A stretch of 64,000 bases of DNA from Candidatus Moranbacteria bacterium GW2011_GWE2_35_2-. Its GTDB lineage: Bacteria; Patescibacteriota; Minisyncoccia; Moranbacterales; UBA9337. The position numbers were made by a program, and so were the translations under genes. The stretch covers positions 120,016 through 184,015 of the forward strand of contig LBQD01000002.1 of NCBI GenBank assembly GCA_000990585.1, written 5' to 3'. The notes under the pieces are model-generated. The model did not search any database, was not told the origin of the DNA, and saw only the letters and a list, made by a program, of their open reading frames with translations. Positions 1-9,347 of the stretch are shown here, in pieces. The number at the start of each line of letters is the position of its first letter. The first letter of the stretch is position 1.

Positions 1-70
1 TTTACTGACTATCTTTACTATTTTTTAATTTGATATTTTTAAGGATAAATAAATTTGCAAAAAATTTAAC

Positions 71-112
71 AAAATTGTCAATTAATCGCATATGCGATTA
101 ATTGACAATTTT
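71..112. repeat. Perfect 42-bp palindrome
   Basis: AAAATTGTCAATTAATCGCAT|ATGCGATTAATTGACAATTTT, no spacer. Confidence 0.85.
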
Positions 113-180
113 TTGTTCAAATGAGTATATGTTTAATATTGCCAAGTATGGGTGGACGGGGTAGTATGAATGTAATTTAA

Positions 181-987
181 TTGATAACGGCAAAAAATAT
201 GATTGGAGTTTTTGATAGCGGGGTTGGGGGACTTACTGTCGTAAAGGAGATTAAAAAAGCGATGCCGGATTGCTCGATTGTTTACTTTGGAGATACGGCG
301 CGCTATCCCTGGGGAAACAAAAATGCCGAAACGGTACAGAGATATTCCGAGGAAATTTGCATCTTTTTGATTGCGCAGGGAGTCGAGGACATTGTAATTG
401 CTTGCAACACCGCTTCTACTTTCGCCGGAGATTATTTACGGAAAAAATTTCCCAAAATTAATTTTTTTAATGTGATTGATCCGGTGGTGGATAGGATAAA
501 ATTGGAATTAAGCGCCGAGAAGAATCAAAAGCGGAACATCAGGGCGGGGGTTATCGGAACGCGGGGAACGATTGAAAGCCGAGTGTATGAAAAAAAGATC
601 AAAAAAAATAATCCTACAGTCGGGATTATTTCGCAAGCCTGCCCCCTGTTTGTTTCTATGGTAGAGGAGAATATGACTTCTCATCCGGCGGCAAAAATAA
701 TTGTTGATGAATATTTGAAAAAAATTAAAAAAGCGAAAGTTGATTTTCTTGTTTTGGGTTGTACGCATTATCCTTTACTTGAAAAGGTTATTCGGAAATC
801 GATCGGAAATGTCGCAATGATAAGTTCCGCTAAGGAAGTGGCGAAAGAATTATTGCGAAGAAAAAATATTAGGGAAGATTTCAAAGAAAAAGATATTTTT
901 TATTTTTCCGATGTTTCAAATCATTACGACAAATTGACTCGAAAAATTCTTGGAAAGAAAATAAAAATAATAAAAAAAGCCTTGTAA
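181..987 (+). CDS. murI: Glutamate racemase (likely start ATG 199)
   Basis: IGVFDSGVGGLTV, IACNTAS, LGCTHYP motifs. Confidence 0.95.
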   Translation: MITAKNMIGVFDSGVGGLTVVKEIKKAMPDCSIVYFGDTARYPWGNKNAETVQRYSEEICIFLIAQGVEDIVIACNTASTFAGDYLRKKFPKINFFNVIDPVVDRIKLELSAEKNQKRNIRAGVIGTRGTIESRVYEKKIKKNNPTVGIISQACPLFVSMVEENMTSHPAAKIIVDEYLKKIKKAKVDFLVLGCTHYPLLEKVIRKSIGNVAMISSAKEVAKELLRRKNIREDFKEKDIFYFSDVSNHYDKLTRKILGKKIKIIKKAL

Positions 988-989
988 CT

Positions 990-1079
990 TGGCGGAGAGA
1001 GGAGGATTCGAACCCCCGGACCCCGTGAAGGGTCTTCAGTTTTCAAGACTGATGCATTCGACCGCTCTGCCATCTCTCC
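990..1079 (-). tRNA. tRNA-Ser(TGA)
   Basis: Reverse complement GGAGAGATGGCAGAGCGG...TCAGTCT TGA AAACTGA, long variable arm, GGTTCGAATCC...CTCTCCGCCA. Confidence 0.95.
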
Positions 1080-1283
1080 ATATCAAATTTAATTTTTTCT
1101 GTTTAAGGTATTTGTCTTCTCGAGGGGCGAGCAGATGCCCTTGGAGGAGATCAGTCTTGGATTAACAAGACTGTTGCCTTCAACTATTCAATTATATTCT
1201 TTTTCAAAATTATTATAATCCTAACAGTTGGAAAAAAATTTGTAAATAGATTATAATAACGGAAAGGAAATAAAAATAAAAAA

Positions 1284-1820
1284 ATGGATTTATTAAAACA
1301 TAAGAAAGCCGTTGAACAAAGAGAATATTACAAAGATAATTATTCGAGAAATATGCACAACGATGTGTTGATTCAATGGCAGGGTCCGGAATATGAAAAT
1401 TATCCGAAAGACAAAAGATGGTATATGATTACCTCTTTTGTTTTGGTAGTAATTATTGCATATGCCTTGATAACCAATAGCCCATTGATGGCGATTACCT
1501 TTATTTTGATTGGAATTGTGGGATTTGTTTATTTGCAAAGAGATCCGCAAATATGTACATACGCGATAACGTCCAGAGGTGTGATAGTAGAAAAAGAATT
1601 ATATGATTTTGAGGACATTAAATCTTTTTGGATAATGTATAAAGAACCACATCAGCGGATTCTTAGTTTACATACTGAAGGAATGCTTATCCCATATGTT
1701 CATATTCCGATGCATCAAAAAGATCCGGATCAAATTAGAGAAATATTATTGGAATTTATTCCGGAAAAAAGGCAATTTCCTAGTGCGATCGATACTTTGG
1801 AAAGATTACTGCATATTTAG
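1284..1820 (+). CDS. Conserved CPR membrane protein (two TM helices plus PH-like C-terminus; DUF5673-like)
   Basis: W.GPEY....K...WY followed by hydrophobic hairpin, ITSRGV..Y.FEDIKSFW. Confidence 0.65.
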   Translation: MDLLKHKKAVEQREYYKDNYSRNMHNDVLIQWQGPEYENYPKDKRWYMITSFVLVVIIAYALITNSPLMAITFILIGIVGFVYLQRDPQICTYAITSRGVIVEKELYDFEDIKSFWIMYKEPHQRILSLHTEGMLIPYVHIPMHQKDPDQIREILLEFIPEKRQFPSAIDTLERLLHI

Positions 1821-1912
1821 TCATAAAAAATTACAAGATATTTTTTAATAAAAGCGATAGTAGTTATCTATTGCTTTTTTGTTTCAAAATGTTAGTATGT
1901 TTGAGTATAAAA

Positions 1913-1985
1913 GCGCTTGTAGCTCAGTGGATAGAGCGTCTGGTTGCGGTCCAGAAGGTCGCAGGTTCGATTCCTGCCAAGCGCA
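1913..1985 (+). tRNA. tRNA-Arg(GCG)
   Basis: GCGCTTGTAGCTCAGTGGATAGAGCG TCTGG TT GCG GT CCAGA ... GGTTCGATTCCTGCCAAGCGCA; CCA not encoded. Confidence 0.92.
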
Positions 1986-2080
1986 CTAAGGTTCCCCGCC
2001 ATAGGCGGACCAGCAGACTGGGATTCCTGCCAAGCGCACTAAGGTTCCCCGCCATAGGCGGACCAGCTTCCTGCCAAGCA
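1969..2080 (+). repeat. Tandem duplications of the tRNA-Arg 3' end with hairpin inserts
   Basis: 46-nt unit at 1969-2014 and 2022-2067, plus partial TTCCTGCCAAGC at 2068. Confidence 0.9.
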
Positions 2081-2166
2081 CAAAATAATATTAAATAAAT
2101 TGCCAAAAAAACTAAATACTTTATAATTAAAATATACTAGTATAAAAAAATAAAATAGAGAATAAA

Positions 2167-2901
2167 ATGACACTCGTATTATTCAATAATTTAACTGAAA
2201 AAGATAAAGCACGAGCAATTGAAAACTTGATTTGCGAAAGTACACCGCGTCAAGACTTCTTTTTATTGGTGGTTCTTTCTATTTTAATGGCAACTTTCGG
2301 TCTTCTCATTGATAGTGCGTCGGTAATCATTGGAAGTATGCTTATCGCCCCGATTCTTTATCCAATTCTTAGTCTTTCTTTGGGCGTAGTAATCGCGGAT
2401 ACAAAATTGATTGCACGTTCATTTTATACAATATTAAAATCATTGACATTTGGAATTGCCGCTTCGGCCATTGTAACTGTCTTTTTTGCTTCAAATTTTC
2501 AGGAAAATTCTGAGATTTTAGCGCGCACTCAACCATCATTGATTTATGCTGCAATTGCGATTATCGCTGGTTTTGCCGCTTCTTTTGCGCTTATAAAACC
2601 GCATTTGAGCGAAACATTACCCGGAATCGCAATTTCTGTCGCTTTAATGCCGCCACTTGCAGTTACCGGAATTGGAATTGCTAGATTTGATTGGTATATT
2701 ATTAGTAATTCATTTTTATTGTTTTTAATTAATGCCGCCGGGATTATTTTTGCGAGTATGATTGTTTTTTCATTAATGCATTTATATATCAAACGACAGG
2801 TTGCTTCTGAAGCTATCAAGAAGGAATTGGCTGCGGTAAAAAAAGAATTAGAAAAAGCCAAAAAAGAACAAGAAAAAAATAATAAGGTTTATGAAAAATA
2901 A
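2167..2901 (+). CDS. DUF389/TIGR00341 family membrane protein
   Basis: SVIIGSMLIAP, LPGIAISVALMPPL motifs. Confidence 0.88.
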   Translation: MTLVLFNNLTEKDKARAIENLICESTPRQDFFLLVVLSILMATFGLLIDSASVIIGSMLIAPILYPILSLSLGVVIADTKLIARSFYTILKSLTFGIAASAIVTVFFASNFQENSEILARTQPSLIYAAIAIIAGFAASFALIKPHLSETLPGIAISVALMPPLAVTGIGIARFDWYIISNSFLLFLINAAGIIFASMIVFSLMHLYIKRQVASEAIKKELAAVKKELEKAKKEQEKNNKVYEK

Positions 2902-2944
2902 ATCAGTTAGATAGAGCGCAAAAGTAAAATAAGAAAAAAGATAG

Positions 2945-2984
2945 GCAAAAAACCGCCCAAAATAATTTTGAAGGCGGTTTTTTG
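2945..2984. terminator. Bidirectional intrinsic terminator
   Basis: AAAAAACCGCC...GGCGGTTTTTT between convergent DUF389 gene and tRNA-Ser. Confidence 0.7.
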
Positions 2985-2991
2985 TCTTGGG

Positions 2992-3079
2992 CGGAGAGGG
3001 TGGGATTTGAACCCACGAGGGCGATTAAACCCTGCCACGTTAGCAGTGTGGTGCTTTCGACCAGCTCAGCCACCTCTCC
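2992..3079 (-). tRNA. tRNA-Ser(GCT)
   Basis: Reverse complement GGAGAGGTGGCTGAGCTGG...CCACACT GCT AACGTGG, long variable arm, GGTTCAAATCCC. Confidence 0.93.
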
Positions 3080-3193
3080 TTTTGTAAATTTTTCAACAAA
3101 ATAAGCTTAACATTGATTTATTTATATTTCAAGTGTGCGTCGTTTTTCGTTTGATGATCTGATAAAATAAAGTATGTTATAAAATTATCGACA

Positions 3194-3931
3194 TCATACT
3201 TTTTGCCTAGCAATTACAATGCCAAAAACTTTTTTGGCGCCGGATTGTTTGAGAATTTTGGCGCATTCAAAAAGGGTGGATCCAGTAGTGGCAATATCAT
3301 CAACTAAGAGTATGTTTTTATTTTTAATATTTTCTTTTTGTAAAACTGTGAAAGCATTTTGAATATTTCTTTGTCTTTCTTTATAATTTTTTATTTTCAT
3401 TTGAGGTGAAGTATAATATTTTCGAATTAAATTATTTTCTAAAATCGGAATATCAAAACCGGGAGTTAAATTTTTCCCCAAATATTGTGCCAGTAATTGC
3501 GATTGATTGAATCCGCGCCAGCGCAGACGGTGCGGATGAAGAGGAATCGGAATAATGATGTCCGGTAAACGTAGATCGAAATTGCGAGAAGCTTCAAGCA
3601 TTATTTTACTAAGTGGAATAGACAATCTTTTTACAAAACGGTATTTGAAATATCCAACTGCGCGGGAGATTATTTTCTCTTTGTATGAAGTGCAAACCAA
3701 GAGTCCGTCAATGGAGTTTTTTTTGTGGCAAGAAAAACATATTTCTCCTTTTGGTGTGATTATTTTTTCACAAATCGGGCAAATCTGATCTTTTTTTAAT
3801 GATATTTTTTTCAAACAATGTTCGCAAATCCATTGATCAGATTGTTTTTGACATCCAAGGCAAGTAATTGGAAAAAGAGTATCTAAGATGAATTTTTCAA
3901 TCTTTTGCTTATATCGCAATAATCTTTTCAT
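3194..3931 (-). CDS. comF: ComF family competence protein (Zn ribbon + PRTase)
   Basis: CxxC pairs, RGFNQS, LLVDDIATTGSTL. Confidence 0.9.
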   Translation of the reverse strand: MKRLLRYKQKIEKFILDTLFPITCLGCQKQSDQWICEHCLKKISLKKDQICPICEKIITPKGEICFSCHKKNSIDGLLVCTSYKEKIISRAVGYFKYRFVKRLSIPLSKIMLEASRNFDLRLPDIIIPIPLHPHRLRWRGFNQSQLLAQYLGKNLTPGFDIPILENNLIRKYYTSPQMKIKNYKERQRNIQNAFTVLQKENIKNKNILLVDDIATTGSTLFECAKILKQSGAKKVFGIVIARQKV

Positions 3932-6386
3932 TTTCGATTTTCAATTGAATTTTTTTATCTTTGATTTTTTCTTCAAGAATAGCTTTGGCGATTTCTGTTT
4001 CTATGAATTTTTGAATGTTTTTACGCACGAATCTGGCACCTTGATCAAAAGCGAGACTCTTTTTCGTAAGAAAATTCAACACTTCAGAAGAATATAAAAG
4101 AAGGATATTTTTTGTTTGCAATCTTTCTTTAAGTTTTTTCAGCTCAAGACTTGCAATTTTTTTGATTTCATTTTTCCCCAAAACATTAAAGGCGATAATA
4201 TTATCCAACCGATTGAGAAGCTCCGGTTTCATTTGCCTTTTGAGTTCTTTTAGGGAATTTTCTTTTAAGCTAGCCCATTTTTGTGAGATTTCCTGTTCTT
4301 TTTGACCAAATCCCATATTTGAAATATCAGAAAATTCCGCAGTTCCCGTGTTGGAAGTAAGAATGATTATGGTATTTTTGAAATTCACACTGCGTCCTTC
4401 CGAGTCAGTGAGTATCCCATCTTCCAATATTTGTAGTAGGATATTGAAAATGTCCGGATGAGCTTTTTCTATTTCGTCAAAAAGAACTAAGCTGTGAGGC
4501 TTGCGGCGAACTTTTTCCGTGAGTTTTCCTCCTTCGCCAAACCCGACATATCCAGCTGGCGCTCCTAGAAGTTGGGATGTTTGGTGTCTTTCCATAAACT
4601 CACTCATATCTATACGAATTAGCGAATTTTCATTGCCAAATAAGTTTTTTGCCAGCTCTTTAGCTGTCAATGTTTTTCCTGATCCGGTTGGTCCTAAAAA
4701 AAGGAATGATCCAATTGGGCGATTAGGATCTCCTATTCCGCTATATGCGCGATAAACAACTTCAATTATTTTTTCAATCGCTTCCGTCTGCCCGATTATT
4801 GTGGAGCTTAATTTTTGATGTAAATTTTTTAGTTCGGGAGCGAAAGAATGTGACAATTTTTCCGAAGGAATGCCGGTTATTTGTGAAACAGTATTGGTAA
4901 TATCATTACTGTCAATAAAAACCGGATTAGTTTTTTCCAATTCCTGCTGTTTCTTTTTTAGATTTTCTAATTGTATGGCAAGCAAATCTTCTTTTTTGCG
5001 AAGAGTAGCGGCTTCTTCATATTTTTCCGTATTAACAAAGTTATTTTTTTCAGTGGAAATTTCTTTCAGTTGTTTTTCTGTTTTTTTAATTTCAGGCAAA
5101 AAAGATAATCCGGTTGATTTGTTTCGCAGTCTTGAAGCTGTTTCATCTAGGATGTCGATGGCTTTGTCAGGAAAAAATCGTTCAGTTATATATCTACTGC
5201 TTAGAGCGACGATTTGATCCAGCGCTTGATTGGAAATTTCAGCGTTATGAAATTTTTCATAAGATGGTTTTATTCCTTGGAGAATTTTTCTTGTATCATG
5301 AGTATTTGGTTCGTTTACGATTACGTTTTGAAATCTTCTTTCCAGTGCGGGATCTTTTTCAATATATTTCTTATATTCATCTAATGTGGTGGCTCCGATG
5401 CATTGAATTTTTCCGCGCGCCAAGGCAGGTTTGAGAATATTGGCAGCATCCAACCCGCCACTGGCGTTTCCTGCTCCGATAAGCGAGTGAATTTCATCAA
5501 TAAATAAGATTATATCTTCGTTTTCTTCCGCTTCGTAGATAATATCTTTGATACGACTTTCAAATTCTCCGCGAAAATTCGTTCCAGCAACAACCAGCGC
5601 TAAATCTAAAGACAAGATTTTTTTTCCTGCCAGCCGAGGAGAAACTTTGCCTGAATTTATTTTTTGCGCCAAGGCGGAAACTAATGCTGTTTTTCCTACA
5701 CCCGGATCTCCGATAAGAAGAGGATTGCTTTTATTTTTTCTTCCGAGAATATGAATTATCCTTTCTATTTCTTTTTCTCTTCCGATTATTTTTTCTTTTT
5801 TCAAGAAAACGTCATCATTGATATTGACACAAAAAACATCTAATGTTGGAGTTTCTGATTCGGACAATTCTTGTCCGGTAAGCGATAAACCCGGAAGATC
5901 AAATAATTTAGAAAGGCTTTTTATATCCGATCCTTCAAGGAATGATTGTTGCATAGCGCCATTCCCTTGCTTTTTTGCTTTATTTTTTTTCAATAGGCGC
6001 GAGATATTTTTATTTGGCGTTTTGATAATAGAATGAATGAGGTGTTCGGTTCCGACGTATGGGTAACCCATTTTCTTAGCAACAAGATATGCGCGAGTAA
6101 TTGCCAGAGAAACATCCGGCGATAATTGAGGTTTTTCTTTCGCTTGATTGACACGTGAATCGTTCGAATAGTTTTTTAAAGAAAAAATATTATCAAAGTC
6201 GGATCTTTTCACATTCATATTTTCCAAGATTCTATTACCCATACTTCCTTTTTCTAAGAAAATAGCGAAAAGTAAATGTTCTGAAAGTATATAGGGAGAT
6301 TCATAAAATAAAGCGATTTTGCCAGATTCATAGAGGCTTTTTTTCGCGTGCGATGTCATTTTTTTGGATAATTTTGGTTCTAACAT
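3909..6386 (-). CDS. clpC: ATP-dependent Clp protease ATP-binding subunit ClpC-like
   Basis: Clp-N repeats, two AAA modules (GDPGVGKT, GPTGSGKT), UVR-like coil; start re-placed at MLEPK. Confidence 0.9.
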   Translation of the reverse strand: MLEPKLSKKMTSHAKKSLYESGKIALFYESPYILSEHLLFAIFLEKGSMGNRILENMNVKRSDFDNIFSLKNYSNDSRVNQAKEKPQLSPDVSLAITRAYLVAKKMGYPYVGTEHLIHSIIKTPNKNISRLLKKNKAKKQGNGAMQQSFLEGSDIKSLSKLFDLPGLSLTGQELSESETPTLDVFCVNINDDVFLKKEKIIGREKEIERIIHILGRKNKSNPLLIGDPGVGKTALVSALAQKINSGKVSPRLAGKKILSLDLALVVAGTNFRGEFESRIKDIIYEAEENEDIILFIDEIHSLIGAGNASGGLDAANILKPALARGKIQCIGATTLDEYKKYIEKDPALERRFQNVIVNEPNTHDTRKILQGIKPSYEKFHNAEISNQALDQIVALSSRYITERFFPDKAIDILDETASRLRNKSTGLSFLPEIKKTEKQLKEISTEKNNFVNTEKYEEAATLRKKEDLLAIQLENLKKKQQELEKTNPVFIDSNDITNTVSQITGIPSEKLSHSFAPELKNLHQKLSSTIIGQTEAIEKIIEVVYRAYSGIGDPNRPIGSFLFLGPTGSGKTLTAKELAKNLFGNENSLIRIDMSEFMERHQTSQLLGAPAGYVGFGEGGKLTEKVRRKPHSLVLFDEIEKAHPDIFNILLQILEDGILTDSEGRSVNFKNTIIILTSNTGTAEFSDISNMGFGQKEQEISQKWASLKENSLKELKRQMKPELLNRLDNIIAFNVLGKNEIKKIASLELKKLKERLQTKNILLLYSSEVLNFLTKKSLAFDQGARFVRKNIQKFIETEIAKAILEEKIKDKKIQLKIENEKIIAI

Positions 6387-6599
6387 AATAGTTTTTGTTA
6401 TTATCAAATATGTACATACTATTCTATTTTTATCTTCGTTGAATGTCAACTTTTTCCGGGATAAGTTTTTAATATGAATAATTTTGGAAAAATATGATAT
6501 GCAAGTTGCTTGTGTGGAAAAAATATATTATAATATAAGAAGATAATGTTTTCTATTTATTGTAAGATAAAATAAAAATAAAAGTTAAATCAAAAAAGA

Positions 6600-7715
6600 A
6601 TGTTTAATTTTTTTAAGAGTAAAGAAAATCGCTTTTTCGGGGTTGATTTTGGCGGGAGCGCTATCAAGGCAGTAGAACTTTCTTTAGAAAATCAAAAAGT
6701 TACTTTGATGAATTATGCATGGATTGATTTTAGCGGAGAACAAATAAAGGAAGAGCTGGATAGTCAATCTATTAATAAAATTACGGAAATTTACTTGGGT
6801 AAGCTCATAGATAAAATGGAGCCGAAAACTAAAAATGTTTGCGCTTCTATTCCGGGATTTAGCGGATTGGTTAATGTTATTGAGATTTCCAATATTAAAA
6901 AAGAGGAAGTGGGAAATGCTATCGAATACGAAGCGTATAAATATATTCCCGTTTCTTTGGATGAAGTGTATTTGTCATGGGATGTCCTTGATTTAGGAGA
7001 AGCGGATAGAAAAATCATTCAAAATGAAGAAAATGGCAAAGATTTTTCCGAAAAAAATGAGAAAGAAAAAATAAAAGTACTTCTTGTGGCTGCTCCAAAA
7101 GATGAAGTTAACAAATACGAAGAATTGATAATGAAAAATGGATTAAGAACTGCTACATTGGAATTGGACGTGTTTTCATCCGTACGTTCTCTTGTGGGAG
7201 ATGATATGGGGAATTATTTATTGATTGAAATTGGAGCGCGCACGACAACTATTGCCGCAATTAAAAAAGGTAATGTGATTATAAATCGTAATTTATATAT
7301 TGGCGGGAATGAATTTACAAAAAATATTTCCAGAGGAATGGATATTTCTTGGTTTAGGGCAGAAAGATATAAAAAAGAGAAGAAAGATTTAATAAATACA
7401 AATCAGGCGAGTGTAAATTTTTCCGCTTTGGATGTCATTTCCGGGGAAGCTAAGCGAATAATGCGAATGTTTCAAGAAAAAGAAGATGTGTCTCGAATGG
7501 ATGGAATTATTATTTCCGGAGGAACTGCAAAAATGGTTGGAATATTGGAATATTTTGAAAGGGAGCTGGGAAAGGGTGTTATAATTGGTAATCCGTGGAA
7601 AAAAGTGAAGTATGAAGCAAATTTGGAGGCGGTAATCAAGGATATCGGACCATCTTTTTCTGTTGCGGTCGGAGCGGCATTGAAAGGCGTGGAAGATTAT
7701 CAGCGAAATATTTAA
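6600..7715 (+). CDS. pilM: Type IV pilus assembly protein PilM
   Basis: GVDFG..AIKAVEL, actin-like fold, first gene of pilus cluster. Confidence 0.88.
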   Translation: MFNFFKSKENRFFGVDFGGSAIKAVELSLENQKVTLMNYAWIDFSGEQIKEELDSQSINKITEIYLGKLIDKMEPKTKNVCASIPGFSGLVNVIEISNIKKEEVGNAIEYEAYKYIPVSLDEVYLSWDVLDLGEADRKIIQNEENGKDFSEKNEKEKIKVLLVAAPKDEVNKYEELIMKNGLRTATLELDVFSSVRSLVGDDMGNYLLIEIGARTTTIAAIKKGNVIINRNLYIGGNEFTKNISRGMDISWFRAERYKKEKKDLINTNQASVNFSALDVISGEAKRIMRMFQEKEDVSRMDGIIISGGTAKMVGILEYFERELGKGVIIGNPWKKVKYEANLEAVIKDIGPSFSVAVGAALKGVEDYQRNI

Positions 7716-7791
7716 TTGAAAATATAAATCTTAAATTTTTTCGAATTTCTTGAATATTTTTATTCGGTTTTTCGAAAATAATATTAAAGCG

Positions 7792-8346
7792 ATGGTTAAT
7801 ATAAATCTTCACAGGGAAGAAAAAAAAGAAAATAGAATCTATGAATTGAATTTTTGGCGTAGCGGAACTTTTTTTTCAATAACTTTACTGATCGTGACTT
7901 CTTTTATTTATGCTGGTCAACTTTTATATAAAAAAAAGTTGGTTTCAAATGAAAATGCTATTATAAAGGAAATATCCGAAAAGAAAAGTTCTTTAGGAAG
8001 CGCGGCTCTTGTCAGTATTAAGGATTTCGATCAAAGGATTTCTAAGATTGATAATAATTTGGCACAGCGAGTTTATCCTAATGATGTGCTTGCTTATATA
8101 GAGGATTTTTTAGTAAAGAATGTTTATATTGATAGTTATAAATATGAAGATTCAAAGCAAGAGGTTGCGTTGAACGTAATAGCTGATAGCTATAATGCAA
8201 TAGCTAGTCAAATTTTAAATTTTAAAAAATCAGATAAGTTTTCTAATGTAGATATTTCCAGTACAAACAGAACGGAGGAGGGAAAAATAACATTTACATT
8301 AACGATGATTTTATCTAATTATAATAATCCGGAAAATAATTTGTAA
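7792..8346 (+). CDS. PilN-like pilus alignment protein
   Basis: INL motif + single TM + coiled coil, position after pilM. Confidence 0.65.
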   Translation: MVNINLHREEKKENRIYELNFWRSGTFFSITLLIVTSFIYAGQLLYKKKLVSNENAIIKEISEKKSSLGSAALVSIKDFDQRISKIDNNLAQRVYPNDVLAYIEDFLVKNVYIDSYKYEDSKQEVALNVIADSYNAIASQILNFKKSDKFSNVDISSTNRTEEGKITFTLTMILSNYNNPENNL

Positions 8347-8367
8347 GAATAATTATTTTATAAAAAT

Positions 8368-9279
8368 ATGAAACTAAAATTCTTGTTTGTTCCCTTATCA
8401 ATCTTAATTTCCATAGTGTTGGTTATTTGGTACATTTGGCCGACATGGTTTGGCTTGGAGGGAATCAGAGAATATCAAAAGCGCATAGATATAAAAAAAT
8501 GCGAATTGGAAGAAGCGGATTTCAAAGTTCAAAACGCTGAAAGTTTGAAAAATTTTATGAGTTCTACTGATGGAAAAGTCTCAGTGGACAAGATTTATGA
8601 ATATTTTCCAATTGAAGAAAAGAATGAAAACATCATTAATGATATAAATTATATCGGAAACAGTTCTTCTGTAAGCATTATTGGCATAAATGTTAAAAGT
8701 GAAGAATTGAAGGATGATGATGATAAAGTTTTAACAACAGCAAAAGGTAGTGCAAATAAAAAATTATCCAGTACGCCTATGGCTAAAGCATGTTTAGATA
8801 GGATAGCGGAAAAATACGGAGACGTATCTGATATGGACATTAGTTATTTAGATCCTTTTGCCGGTCTGAACAATAGTTCCAGTGATATTGTTGGTGAAAT
8901 TGAGGGTACTAAAGAAAATTCAATAGTATCCATCAAAGCGGATGTTAAAGTTTCCGGTTCATATAAACAGTTGATTGTATTTTTGGATAATTTGTATCGA
9001 ATGAGGACTATAAATAATGTGTCCTCGATAAATATTTATAAGGATAATAATAAAAGAAATGAAGAGAATGCTGTTTCGAATCTCGATTTTTTGTCGATGG
9101 ATGTGAGTGCATATTTTGCTTATTTGCCAACGGATAATAATACCGCGCTAGGATTTGACGATCCAATTTTTGAAAAGAAATTATTTAATTTAACTGCCAT
9201 TAATAAATTAAATAAAATTGTGGAAATTCCAGAAATAAATATTGGTGATACGGGAAAAGACAATCCTTTTATTCCCTAA
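8368..9279 (+). CDS. PilO-like pilus alignment protein
   Basis: N-terminal TM, VSGSY.QL..FL..L..MR motif, position. Confidence 0.65.
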   Translation: MKLKFLFVPLSILISIVLVIWYIWPTWFGLEGIREYQKRIDIKKCELEEADFKVQNAESLKNFMSSTDGKVSVDKIYEYFPIEEKNENIINDINYIGNSSSVSIIGINVKSEELKDDDDKVLTTAKGSANKKLSSTPMAKACLDRIAEKYGDVSDMDISYLDPFAGLNNSSSDIVGEIEGTKENSIVSIKADVKVSGSYKQLIVFLDNLYRMRTINNVSSINIYKDNNKRNEENAVSNLDFLSMDVSAYFAYLPTDNNTALGFDDPIFEKKLFNLTAINKLNKIVEIPEINIGDTGKDNPFIP

Positions 9280-9347
9280 TATAATTTTTGTTTAAAAAGA
9301 TGCTTAAGTTTAGGTTGATTATTAAAAATGAAAAATAAGCTGAAAAA

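Noticed and set aside
1969-2080. Possible mini CRISPR array or prophage attR
   Set aside because: Repeats are tRNA-derived, there are no unique spacers or cas genes, and no island lies between copies.
1871-2106. ORFs 1871-2098 (+) and 1924-2106 (-)
   Set aside because: They overlap tRNA-Arg and its repeats; spurious translations.
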